DNA from: Methanothrix sp.
Lineage (GTDB): Archaea > Halobacteriota > Methanosarcinia > Methanotrichales > Methanotrichaceae
Direction of reading: 5' to 3'
DNA: 64,000 bases
NCBI GenBank assembly: GCA_037128175.1
Contig: JBAXWY010000007.1
Span: 25,351 to 89,350 of the forward strand
Numbering within the stretch: position 1 is the first letter of the stretch; each line of letters opens with the position of its first letter. Below, piece after piece: positions 29,559-38,889 of the stretch. A program made the position numbers and the translations under genes. The notes beneath the pieces are model-generated. The model did not search any database and was not told the DNA's origin. It worked only from the letters and a program-made list of their open reading frames with translations.

Positions 29559-30665
29559 TTGAAAAGCACTGTTTATTTTGCCGGGGTCAGGGCGAGAAGC
29601 TTTCAAGATAACAAGCAAAACAGGATCATGGGGCTCTTTGATGCCGCGGGTTTGGATGAAGTGGTACAAAAAGGCGACCTCACCGCCATCAAGATCCACT
29701 TCGGGGAAAAGGGAAACGATTCTTATGTAAATCCCGTTCTGGTCCGGCCCATTGCAGAAAAGATCCGGGCTCTTGGCGCAAAACCATTTCTTACCGATAC
29801 CAATACTCTTTACGGAGGAAGCCGGGCCAATGCCGTCGATCATCTGCAAACGGCCGCTGAGCACGGCTTTGGCCAGTCCGTGGCCGGAGCGCCGGCCATC
29901 ATTGCCGACGGCCTGCAAGGCGACAATTTCCGGGAGGTTTCCATCGACCGGAAGCATTTTCGCATTGTCAAGATCGCAGCAGAGATCGCCTCTGCCAATA
30001 GCATGATCGTAGTATCTCATTTCAAGGCCCACCTTCCGGCTGGCTTTGGGGGCGCTATAAAGAATCTGGGCATGGGCTCTGCTCCCGCTTTGGGCAAGGC
30101 GGAGCAACACTCTGCCAAGCCCATATTCAACGCAGAGCTATGCAGCGGCTGCCGCTCCTGCATGGACGGCTGCCCACAGCGGGCCATCACTGTGGGAAAA
30201 AGGATCTCTGCAGTCGATTACCATCTATGCACAGGCTGCGGCAAGTGCCTTCGCGTTTGCCAGACTCACGCCCTGGACTTCGACTGGTTTGTAGAGGTGC
30301 CGCCCTTCATGGAAAGGATGACGGAGTATGCCTATGGTGCGATAAAGGGAAAGGAAAACCGGGTAGGGTTCTTCAACTTCCTGCTCAATGTCACCCCGGA
30401 CTGCGACTGCGTGCCCTGGAGCGATGCATCCTTCGTGCCGGACATCGGCATCCTGGCCTCGAAGGACCCGGTGGCCATAGATCAGGCCAGCTACGATCTG
30501 GTGAACAGGCAGATGGGCCTGGCAAACACGCTTTTGCAAAAGAATCATGCTCCGGGAAAGGACAAGTTCCTGGGCGTATGGGAGAGCACTCTTGGAAATA
30601 TCCAGTTGGACTACGGGGAAAAGATTGGTCTCGGAAATAAAGAGTACCGTCTGATTGAGATCTGA
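29559..30665 (+). CDS. DUF362-domain Fe-S protein
   Basis: IKIHFGE, LTDTNTLY, HFKAH...FGGAIKNLGMG, two CxxCxxC-x3-C motifs, PDCDC. Confidence 0.88.
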   Translation: MKSTVYFAGVRARSFQDNKQNRIMGLFDAAGLDEVVQKGDLTAIKIHFGEKGNDSYVNPVLVRPIAEKIRALGAKPFLTDTNTLYGGSRANAVDHLQTAAEHGFGQSVAGAPAIIADGLQGDNFREVSIDRKHFRIVKIAAEIASANSMIVVSHFKAHLPAGFGGAIKNLGMGSAPALGKAEQHSAKPIFNAELCSGCRSCMDGCPQRAITVGKRISAVDYHLCTGCGKCLRVCQTHALDFDWFVEVPPFMERMTEYAYGAIKGKENRVGFFNFLLNVTPDCDCVPWSDASFVPDIGILASKDPVAIDQASYDLVNRQMGLANTLLQKNHAPGKDKFLGVWESTLGNIQLDYGEKIGLGNKEYRLIEI

Positions 30666-30704
30666 ATACTTTACGTAAAATAAATAGTGGGGAGGGAAGT
30701 AATC

Positions 30705-31277
30705 ATGAAAGTTGTGGCATTTAACGGCAGCCCTCGCAAGGATGGCAATACCGCCACCCTCCTTTGCGTTGTTCTGAAAGAGCTGGAGGGCCAAGGCATA
30801 GAGACGGAGCTGGTTCATTTGAAAGGGGCCCTTTCTGGCTGCATTGCCTGTTTCAAGTGTTTTGAGAAGAAGAACGGCAAGTGCGCTCTGGATAAGGATA
30901 TGGTGAACGGATGCATCGAGAAAATGGTTGGGGCGGACGGTATCATTCTGGGCTCGCCCACCTATTTCGCCGATCTTACGTCCGAGCTCAAAGCCCTCAT
31001 CGATCGGTCCGGATTTGTGGGAAAGGCCAACGGGGATATGTTCAAGCGCAAGGTGGGGGCGGCAGTGGTTGCCGTGCGCCGGGCGGGCGCCATTCACGTC
31101 TTCGACTCCATAAATCACTTCTTCCTCATCAACCAGATGATAATAGCCGGCTCAAGCTACTGGAATATCGGCATGGGTCTGCACGAAAAGGATGTGGAAA
31201 AGGATGCGGAGGGTCTACAGATCATGAGAACTCTGGGGCAGAACATGGGCTGGCTTATGAAGAAGATCAAAGAGTAG
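30705..31277 (+). CDS. Iron-sulfur flavoprotein (Isf-like flavodoxin family)
   Basis: NGSPRKDGNT, CIACFKC-x7-C, GSPTYF. Confidence 0.88.
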   Translation: MKVVAFNGSPRKDGNTATLLCVVLKELEGQGIETELVHLKGALSGCIACFKCFEKKNGKCALDKDMVNGCIEKMVGADGIILGSPTYFADLTSELKALIDRSGFVGKANGDMFKRKVGAAVVAVRRAGAIHVFDSINHFFLINQMIIAGSSYWNIGMGLHEKDVEKDAEGLQIMRTLGQNMGWLMKKIKE

Positions 31278-31398
31278 AGGGATTAATGGGCGAAGCGTGG
31301 CAAGACCGGCAAAAATTGGGTGCGAACCCAGGAAATTGTGCGGGATTTGCCCAGTCGGCTCGCAAAGCCTTAAGATCCTCTGGATTTATTGAGAATGC

Positions 31399-31809
31399 AT
31401 GCCCCTGGATTATCTGACATTGGTTGCATCAAACCTCATCCTGCAATTGATCCTAGCTGCGGCCTTGGGCTTTGCCGTCTTCCTGGCCAAAAAGAAGAAT
31501 TTTCAGAAGCATTGCCTCGTCCTCCGCCTGGCGGTCACGGCCCAGATTCTGGCCGTCCTGGTGCTGATGTCTCCTGCCATGGCCCTGATCCTGGTGCCGG
31601 GCCGGCCCAACGGTCTCTTTCAGGCCGAGGTCTTGCTGCATCACGGTCTGGGCCTGGCAGTGGTACTGCTCTGGATCTACATCAATCTGGTTTATCTGGG
31701 GCGTTTGAAGGCCCGGCTTGCTCTCAGGCGGGCCATGCAGGTGGCGGCTGGCCTTTGGGTGGCGTCCTTTGTCTTGGGATTTCACATCTATCTAAAACTG
31801 TATTATTGA
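31399..31809 (+). CDS. Four-TM membrane protein (DUF420-like)
   Basis: Hydrophobic helices with conserved-looking His (KH, HH). Confidence 0.65.
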   Translation: MPLDYLTLVASNLILQLILAAALGFAVFLAKKKNFQKHCLVLRLAVTAQILAVLVLMSPAMALILVPGRPNGLFQAEVLLHHGLGLAVVLLWIYINLVYLGRLKARLALRRAMQVAAGLWVASFVLGFHIYLKLYY

Positions 31810-31903
31810 GCGATTGCTCGGATGGTATCATATCATCAATCATGTACTGAGGGGGGACTTAAGGACTGGTCAAAAAACGCTCGCTTCTCCCCGTCGCATC
31901 GCC

Positions 31904-32221
31904 CTACTCCAGCCACTCGTAGCCGGGATATTTGATCTTATTGAAATTGCGGATTAAGTCTGCTGCATCCTTTCGGCTGAAGTTTGCTTCCATCATCCGG
32001 GCGCAGACAAAGCGCAGGGCAATTTTCTGCGTTTTGACCTCTGGGCTGTCATCTGGTTTAGAGGCCAGACCATAGGTCTCGAAGAGATGCTCCTTCTCGT
32101 TGATATGAGTGCTTTTGCCCCATTTTCCGAACATCTCTGCGGCGTGATCCAGAAGATGCTGATCAAACGTCTCGGGAAGCACGATGCCTTCGAACTGCTG
32201 CAAGAATTCATCTTTTCTCAA
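31904..32221 (-). CDS. Hypothetical protein
   Basis: ATG after a ggggg purine tract; normal composition. Confidence 0.65.
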   Translation of the reverse strand: MRKDEFLQQFEGIVLPETFDQHLLDHAAEMFGKWGKSTHINEKEHLFETYGLASKPDDSPEVKTQKIALRFVCARMMEANFSRKDAADLIRNFNKIKYPGYEWLE

Positions 32222-32343
32222 AATGATCGACCCCCTTCATTAAACCATCCAAAGGGATTTATCTCTTTCCGGTAAATAGTGAATGAAAATAATTGTAGTG
32301 GAAATAATCGAAGTCAAAAAATATTAAAAAATAAAAAAATAAA

Positions 32344-33453
32344 TTAAATATATACAGCAGTTCCCGCTTCCACGTTAATTATCTTTAGGACCCCTCTTTG
32401 GAAATACATGCTCTTTGGGTAATTGAATTGACCATCGAATACCCTTACGTTGTGGTTTTGGTTGCCTATCACATTGAAGCTGAATTTCCCATCCGGAGCA
32501 TCGCCGCCGGTTCCTTCCGTGCCGATTAAGACTTCATCCAGAAAGACCTGATAGCCCCTCATTCCCTGGGACTGAATGGTAACTGGAGTGTCTCCTGCCA
32601 AGCCTCCCGTTTGTGGTGGATACGACGTGCCATATGTCTGGTAAGAGGTCGTTGCACTGGTGGTGCTCTGGCCCAGGCCGCTCGTAGTGGTTTGACTGTA
32701 GCCTGCATTGGGTTGATTGTAGGCAGGCGGCATATTGCTGGAAGGCGGCATTTGGCCTGCTGCCGGGACCAGGGATACCGGTGGTGCCTGGCTGATAACA
32801 TCTACAATGATGGAGTTGCTGGGCTGGTTATTGAGCACGAAGTTCAGAATGTGCCTGCCAACTTTATCCGCCATGAAGTTCAGGCTGTTGTAGCCGGAGT
32901 AGAAATTGACGCGCTTGCTGGTTATATTCAGAGCATCTGTCTGTTGGATCTCATAGTAATCGGCCTGTCCGCCTGCCGGAGCAAAGGCGATGAACTGCAT
33001 GCCTGTTCCCGCAGGGACTATGGCATACGCTGACCAATCACGACCCTTCTGAATCCACAGTTCATTGCCTCTTGCGTTGGCCACGGTCGATTGGTACTGG
33101 GTATAGGTGACATCCCGACCGCTGCCGAAGTAGATCCTGGAGGGCATCTTATGCGTGACATCGAATTTCACCGGGGTAAATCCGATCACGGGCACGCTGG
33201 TATTGATGTAGAACTCGGAGAGGAAGGAAGAAGCACTGCTGGTGTTCTCGAACTGTGGGCCAAACCACGGGCTGCTCAATTCCGTGCCCGTGCCGCCGAT
33301 GCCGAACAGGCTGTTGACGTAGTCTTCGCTAAAAGCCCCCCCGGTCATGTCAATAGATTGCAGCATGGAAAAGCCCTGCGTTCCTACCGCACCTGCGGCT
33401 CCGGCACCCAAGATCAGGGCCAGAATACATAAGCATAAGCAATTAAATCTCAA
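32344..33453 (-). CDS. Secreted hypothetical protein with Pro/Thr/Gln-rich linker
   Basis: Signal peptide MRFNCLCLCILALILGAGAAGA; low-complexity linker; beta-rich C-domain. Confidence 0.75.
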   Translation of the reverse strand: MRFNCLCLCILALILGAGAAGAVGTQGFSMLQSIDMTGGAFSEDYVNSLFGIGGTGTELSSPWFGPQFENTSSASSFLSEFYINTSVPVIGFTPVKFDVTHKMPSRIYFGSGRDVTYTQYQSTVANARGNELWIQKGRDWSAYAIVPAGTGMQFIAFAPAGGQADYYEIQQTDALNITSKRVNFYSGYNSLNFMADKVGRHILNFVLNNQPSNSIIVDVISQAPPVSLVPAAGQMPPSSNMPPAYNQPNAGYSQTTTSGLGQSTTSATTSYQTYGTSYPPQTGGLAGDTPVTIQSQGMRGYQVFLDEVLIGTEGTGGDAPDGKFSFNVIGNQNHNVRVFDGQFNYPKSMYFQRGVLKIINVEAGTAVYI

Positions 33454-33537
33454 TTATTACACCTCATTGGCTGCTACTCTGGCAATGTAATATTTAGCTT
33501 TAAGTCTCTCCTGAGCCTCATCTGAACATCATGGAAA

Positions 33538-35391
33538 TCAGTAAGTTACCTCCAGGCTCCATTTGTTCAGCTTGCCTGTGTCTCTGCTTGCTAAATCCCT
33601 GATCCGAAGGATCCATTTGCCCTTCAAGGATTGACCGAGAAAGGCGACTAAAGAGGCCTTTGATTTAGAATCATAACTCTTCAGCAGATCCTTCTTGCCG
33701 ATGCCGGTGCGATTGTGCAGGATGGCTCTTTTGCCACCTGGTGAAGTGAGTTCCACTCTCAGGTTGGAGATGTTGTTGTGGCTTATATCAACTTCCACTA
33801 CCAGTCTCTTCACTTTGCCATCCTGATCGAGAGAAATCGCATTGACAAGGCCCGGGGGGCTATTGTCGGGGATTATCTCACCGGATAGCGTTGATCCTTT
33901 GGCCACATGATCGGTCTTTTCCTGTCCCATCACAAATGTAATGACACGGCCAGGTTCTCCGATATTTGATATCATCAGGCCCGAGTCCGAGCCGTCCCAT
34001 AAAACCGAGGCGGGCCTTGTGTTGTGGCTGAGAGCGATTCCCACCATCTTGCCGAAGAGATCCTTTACGTCACCCATGCTGCGATTGGTTTCCAGATCCA
34101 GGCTGCCGTCCGCCTGCAAGAGCCCGCACTGGTAGTGCTTGGTTGCTGATCCTCCTTGCCATTCATTTGAGCCTAAAGTGTCGCAGTGATAGACGGCCAG
34201 GCCGCCGGCGGGAATGGAGGCGTCCAGATCTATCCCGGAGCGGTTCTCCACCAGGAAATACTCATTTATCTTGCCTGTCTCATAAATCATGGCTGTGCCA
34301 TAATCCCCATGATCTGCCTGATACTGGCCGGGCTGGTTGAGGCGAACTGTTTTATTGCACCATCCTACCAGGTTACGAAGGTATACGCATACCGGCGCAG
34401 GAGTTCTTCCATCATCGTTATGATTTCCGGCGCTCATGAGGCAGAAGTAGCCAAGGCCAGCACTCTTCTCAAAGTCACCGTCTCGATTGCCGTAATCGTA
34501 GAGGTCCGGCCAGCGGCAGATCATGTGACCGCTCTCATGGCAGAAGGTTCCAATGGAGAGGTCCTCCTTGCTTCTGCCCATGCTGGAAAGCATATAAAAA
34601 TAGGTCTTCATATTTTTGTACTTGAGGTCTATGATATGGTTATGTGGCCACAGCTCTCCCAAATATTGGGTCTGGCCGGCGTAAAGAAAGCTCATGGCAT
34701 CGACCATTCCCACTCCTCGCGAGTCGAACTGCTCCAGCGCGAGACCGCCTTTGACAGCCAGGTCGAGGGCCTCCTTGACGAGCAGGTTTTCCGTATAGTA
34801 TTGACGGTTGCGGCTTAGGGTTATGGGCCCCACCACCACGTTGGTGTAGTCCAGCTTGCCGCTGGACATGAGGCGGAAATACTCTCGCACAGAGCAGAAG
34901 TTGCCGTTCTCATGGTAGCCTTGGCCATTGAGCTGGGCCTCTACATCCTCCCTTGTGACGGTGCTTTTCACGTCACTGAACTGGACCAGCACCGTCAGGC
35001 CTTTGATCTCGCCCTCGCTCACCCGTCTTCCTTCTAAGAGTCCCTTCTCTGGCCCGAAGGTGCGGAGATTAAGGCTGGGCTTGAAGGCGGATGCAGGGGG
35101 GTCCATCTTGGCATATCTCGCCTCAAACTTGCGGTTTCTAACCTCTTCTGACTCTTTGAAGTGGCGGCGGACTCCATCAGGCGGGCTAAGGGATGAATCC
35201 ACTCCACTGGAGACGAACTCGCCCGATATCAGGAAGGCATAGCAGTACAGTCCATGGTCCTGGTCGTAGACCACGGAATAACCGTCCATATTCTCATATC
35301 GGGAATAGAACTCGTCGCCGTAGACTCGAAGCTGCACTTCGGGGCCCTTCTCTTGGGGGAAGGTCAGAAACTCTCCAAATATCGAACTCAT
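33538..35391 (-). CDS. M6-family (immune inhibitor A) metalloprotease with C-terminal proprotein-convertase P domain
   Basis: FCHESGHMICRWPDLYD (HExxH), CLMSAG Met-turn, DISH...LRVELTSPGG...GKWILRIRD. Confidence 0.88.
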   Translation of the reverse strand: MSSIFGEFLTFPQEKGPEVQLRVYGDEFYSRYENMDGYSVVYDQDHGLYCYAFLISGEFVSSGVDSSLSPPDGVRRHFKESEEVRNRKFEARYAKMDPPASAFKPSLNLRTFGPEKGLLEGRRVSEGEIKGLTVLVQFSDVKSTVTREDVEAQLNGQGYHENGNFCSVREYFRLMSSGKLDYTNVVVGPITLSRNRQYYTENLLVKEALDLAVKGGLALEQFDSRGVGMVDAMSFLYAGQTQYLGELWPHNHIIDLKYKNMKTYFYMLSSMGRSKEDLSIGTFCHESGHMICRWPDLYDYGNRDGDFEKSAGLGYFCLMSAGNHNDDGRTPAPVCVYLRNLVGWCNKTVRLNQPGQYQADHGDYGTAMIYETGKINEYFLVENRSGIDLDASIPAGGLAVYHCDTLGSNEWQGGSATKHYQCGLLQADGSLDLETNRSMGDVKDLFGKMVGIALSHNTRPASVLWDGSDSGLMISNIGEPGRVITFVMGQEKTDHVAKGSTLSGEIIPDNSPPGLVNAISLDQDGKVKRLVVEVDISHNNISNLRVELTSPGGKRAILHNRTGIGKKDLLKSYDSKSKASLVAFLGQSLKGKWILRIRDLASRDTGKLNKWSLEVTY

Positions 35392-35494
35392 GGCAGATCA
35401 ACCTCGCGGATGCGCGCCGCAATGCGACGCTCAGGTCAATTGCATCAGATAACTATTTAATTATTTTCTATGTCAAAAAAGGTTCTAAGGGTTC

Positions 35495-36781
35495 TTACTT
35501 GCGCCCTATCCCCTTCTCCATGGCCTCTTTGGAAAGTCGTATGGCGCATAGCTCCGAGCACATGGTGCAGGTGTCTGTTTCCACGCCGCGCCGGTGGCGG
35601 ATCTGCTTCGCCCTGGCCGGATTTATGGCAGCCTCAAACTGCCCTGTCCAATCCAGCTCCGCTCTGGCTTTGGCCATCTGCAGGTCCCACGCTCGCGCCC
35701 TCTCCCTCACACCCGGGCGCGTCAGGTCCGCGGCATGCGCAGCTATGCGGGTGACATAGGTGCCCTCGATCACATCCTCAACGGTAGGCAGGTCCAGGTG
35801 TTCGGAGGGCGTGGTGGCGCAGAGGAAGTCCGCTCCCGCCATGCCTGCAATCACTCCTCCAACGGCGGCTGTGATGTGGTCGTAGCCGGGCGCTATGTCT
35901 GTGACCAGCGGGCCCAGCAAATAGAGTGGCGCGCCGTCCGTCAAGTGCTTCATGGCCTTGACGCTGGTTTCGATCTCATCGGCGGGCACATGTCCCGGCC
36001 CCTCCACCATGGCCTGCACTCCCGCGGCGCGCGCTCTCTTCACCAGCTCGCCCAGCATGATGAACTCCATGTACTTGGCGCGGTCGGATGCGTCCTCAAT
36101 GCAGCCAGGCCGAAGGCCATCGCCCAAAGAGAGAGTCAGATCATATTCTTTGGCTATCTCCAGAAGATAGTCGTACTCAGAGTAGTAGGGATTGTCCTCG
36201 CCCGTCTCGCTGATGTACTTCATAGTCAGAGAGCCGCCCCGGCTCACCACGCCCAGGACGCGCGGATCGAGTGAAAGTCGCTCCAGAGTATTTTTGTTCA
36301 CGCCTACATGGACCGTTACGAAGTCCACGCCGTCTTTGGCATGCTTTTCCAGAGCGTTGAACATGCCCTGGCTGGTCAGATCCTTTTTGACGGCCGCATT
36401 GTAGAGGGGAACGCTGCCCACGGGAACGCTTACCGCGTCCAAAATCATGCGTCGCACTGCGTCCAGATCCCCGCCCGTGGACAGGTCCATCACCGCGTCT
36501 GCGCCCGCCGCCGCTGCCGCTAGCGCCTTTTCCACTTCGCTTTGCGGAGAGTCCAGGTTTTGCGATGTGCCCACATTCACATTCACCTTGGTGGTGAGCA
36601 GCTCGCCCACACCGGTGGGCTGCATTCGTTCACGGCGGATGTTCCTTGGTATGACCACCCGGCCCAAGGCCACAAGACGGGCCAGCTTCGCTGGCTCTAT
36701 ACCTTCGCGCTTGGCCACGGCCTCAATCAAATTGGGCACGCGTCCTTTGATTGCCTCTTGCATCAACGTCATTAATACCAA
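35495..36781 (-). CDS. thiC: ThiC-family radical-SAM enzyme (phosphomethylpyrimidine synthase)
   Basis: [47 protein letters not shown]. Confidence 0.9.
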   Translation of the reverse strand: MVLMTLMQEAIKGRVPNLIEAVAKREGIEPAKLARLVALGRVVIPRNIRRERMQPTGVGELLTTKVNVNVGTSQNLDSPQSEVEKALAAAAAGADAVMDLSTGGDLDAVRRMILDAVSVPVGSVPLYNAAVKKDLTSQGMFNALEKHAKDGVDFVTVHVGVNKNTLERLSLDPRVLGVVSRGGSLTMKYISETGEDNPYYSEYDYLLEIAKEYDLTLSLGDGLRPGCIEDASDRAKYMEFIMLGELVKRARAAGVQAMVEGPGHVPADEIETSVKAMKHLTDGAPLYLLGPLVTDIAPGYDHITAAVGGVIAGMAGADFLCATTPSEHLDLPTVEDVIEGTYVTRIAAHAADLTRPGVRERARAWDLQMAKARAELDWTGQFEAAINPARAKQIRHRRGVETDTCTMCSELCAIRLSKEAMEKGIGRK

Positions 36782-36814
36782 CTAATATATTGTAAGAGCT
36801 AAAGTGCTTATCTC

Positions 36815-37453
36815 ATGGTTGAAGTGCATAAGGTTAGCGGTGCGGCATTCGACGGCAATGTCTACCTGATCCTGGACAAAAAAACCATTTTGGTAGATGC
36901 AGGCATGATGGCTGGCCCGACCCTAAAAAATATCAAGAAATTCATCGATCCAACACAAATTGAGATGATCGTTCTCACTCACTGCCACCACGACCACTCC
37001 GGCGCGGCTCCGGCACTCCAGGAGGCAACAGGAGCGCGGCTCCTCTTGAGCGAAAGAGAGGTAGGCGCGGTGGGCGACGACATGGCATCCGTGGCTTATC
37101 TATTCGGCCAGCAGGCCCCGGATTATAAGGTGGATGAGCCCCTTAAGGAAGGCATGATCCTGGATATTGGCGAATGGAAGCTGCGGGTCATGGAGACTCC
37201 CGGCCACTCCCTGGGCAGCCTCTGCCTCTACGAGGAAAACGCGAAGGTTCTTTTCTCGGGAGACACCGTCTTTCCGGACGGGAACATCGGCCGGACGGAC
37301 ATGTACGGAGGGGATACGCCGGAGCTTGTCAAGTCCATTGAGCGGCTGACCACGTTGGATGTGCAGACCATGTATCCCGGACACATGGAGATTACCTCTC
37401 GCGATGTGAACCGCCAGATACAGATGAGCCTGAGATTCGCGAAGATCATTTAG
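36815..37453 (+). CDS. MBL-fold metallo-hydrolase
   Basis: THCHHDH, TPGHS, FSGD, PGH. Confidence 0.9.
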   Translation: MVEVHKVSGAAFDGNVYLILDKKTILVDAGMMAGPTLKNIKKFIDPTQIEMIVLTHCHHDHSGAAPALQEATGARLLLSEREVGAVGDDMASVAYLFGQQAPDYKVDEPLKEGMILDIGEWKLRVMETPGHSLGSLCLYEENAKVLFSGDTVFPDGNIGRTDMYGGDTPELVKSIERLTTLDVQTMYPGHMEITSRDVNRQIQMSLRFAKII

Positions 37454-37596
37454 AAAAGATGCGGAAAGCGCAGGCCAAGCCAGGATGCCTTTAAGCTCCT
37501 GGATTTTTGCATCTCCTGTGCTCCGGCGGCACATGGCCAGGGATATGAACAGGTGGCATTTTTGGCGGTGAAGTAAATGCAGGTCGGAGAGATGGA

Positions 37597-38282
37597 ATGA
37601 AATACTACGTACTCAAACAAGAGGATGATCCCGCAACTTTCGTGGAGTTCTGGGCAAGAAGGTACAACGACAGAAACGAAAAAAAATATTGGGAATATAT
37701 CAAACGACCTTTAACTCCAGAATCCGTCAGAGGACTCTTTGCTTGGAAGGCCATGCCAATAAACCGTAAGACTATCAAGGCAGCAAATCATCCGTTTGTA
37801 GAGACCGTAATTTCCAAACTTGACCGTTTTCACAGACTTCAATTGAATACGCCAGAAGATACGAACAACTTTCTTACGAATGAGTTAAAGGGCAAAGGTA
37901 TGATATGGAAAATTTTCACCTTGCACATCATGCATCCCGACAGTTATCCGATCTTTGACCAAAACGTTTACCGAGCAATGCATTATTTTTAATGAATACC
38001 CCGCAGCTTGCTGCGCGGGTGCGCCGCCGCCGTTTCACTTGCATACCGGCACAATTAAGGAGATTCCCCGCAAAAATAGCGATAAACAACCGAGTTACAT
38101 CAATGAATATCTACCCTTCTATAATCACCATGAGTCTTACGAAGACCGAAAGCTCGACAAAGCTCTAGTTCTCTTTTGGACGATTCCTAAAGATCCCTCA
38201 GACATCGTTTGAAGGCACTGGGAGAGCTGACCAAGGCAAAGATTATAAAAACATACAGCGAGCTAAAGAAGCGCAACGCTAA
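37597..38282 (+). pseudogene. Disrupted hypothetical gene (insertion plus a second frameshift)
   Basis: Frame 1 ends FDQNVYRAMHYF* inside the repeat, resumes as HTGTIKEIP...DRKLDKAL in frame 2, and after an extra G at 38168 continues FSFGRFLK...* in frame 3. Confidence 0.65.
37993..38036 (+). repeat. Hairpin-containing dispersed repeat, copy 2
   Basis: tgaataccccgcagcttgctgcgcgggtgcgccgccgccgtttc; stem cgcagc-tt-gctgcg. Confidence 0.85.
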
Positions 38283-38300
38283 GAGATGGTGGCTATAATC

Positions 38301-38792
38301 ATGACAAATTCAGAGATTTCGCCAAAATCACCAAATCAACTGGTCGGAAACATGGGTCTCTTCCACGTTTGCTATGAACTATCAAAGAGAGGCTGGAATT
38401 GCCTACCAACCAGCAGAAACGCCAAGGGAATTGATCTCGTCATTTATAGCCAGGATGCTAAGAAAATGCTCACCATCCAAGTTAAGTCATTGAGCCACAA
38501 GAATCCAGTTCCATTTGGCAAAACCCAAAATATGATGGCTGAATTTTTGATCGTCTGTGTACTGCTAGAAAGTCCCGTAATATATATCCTCAAAGCAAAA
38601 GAGGCCGAGGAAGCGCTCCATCGAGGTGAGAAAGAGGGACGTATATCTTATTGGCTGCAGTCCTATGAAGACCATAAAGACAGCTGGAATAAAATCGGAA
38701 CGGGTTTCGACCTTAACAACCCAATAGATATTAGCGATCAAGCTGATGTATGGAATGATAAGCTTTCCTTCAAGAACAAGTCGGCCAGCTAA
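38301..38792 (+). CDS. Stand-alone PD-(D/E)xK-type nuclease
   Basis: GNMGLFHVCYELSKRGW...GIDLVIY...TIQVKS (D...QxK). Confidence 0.7.
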   Translation: MTNSEISPKSPNQLVGNMGLFHVCYELSKRGWNCLPTSRNAKGIDLVIYSQDAKKMLTIQVKSLSHKNPVPFGKTQNMMAEFLIVCVLLESPVIYILKAKEAEEALHRGEKEGRISYWLQSYEDHKDSWNKIGTGFDLNNPIDISDQADVWNDKLSFKNKSAS

Positions 38793-38889
38793 AGTAAAGC
38801 ATCAGCAAGTGGCTTAAAGCCCAGGCTGGAATGGAAGTCAAAGAGGAAAGTGAGGCAAGAGATAAGCGAAAGGGCCGTTAAGCTGAACG

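Noticed and set aside
30225-31118. 297-aa minus-strand ORF
   Set aside because: Antisense to two well-supported genes (DUF362, Isf).
36782-36814. TPP riboswitch before thiC
   Set aside because: Only 33 bp of divergent intergenic DNA.
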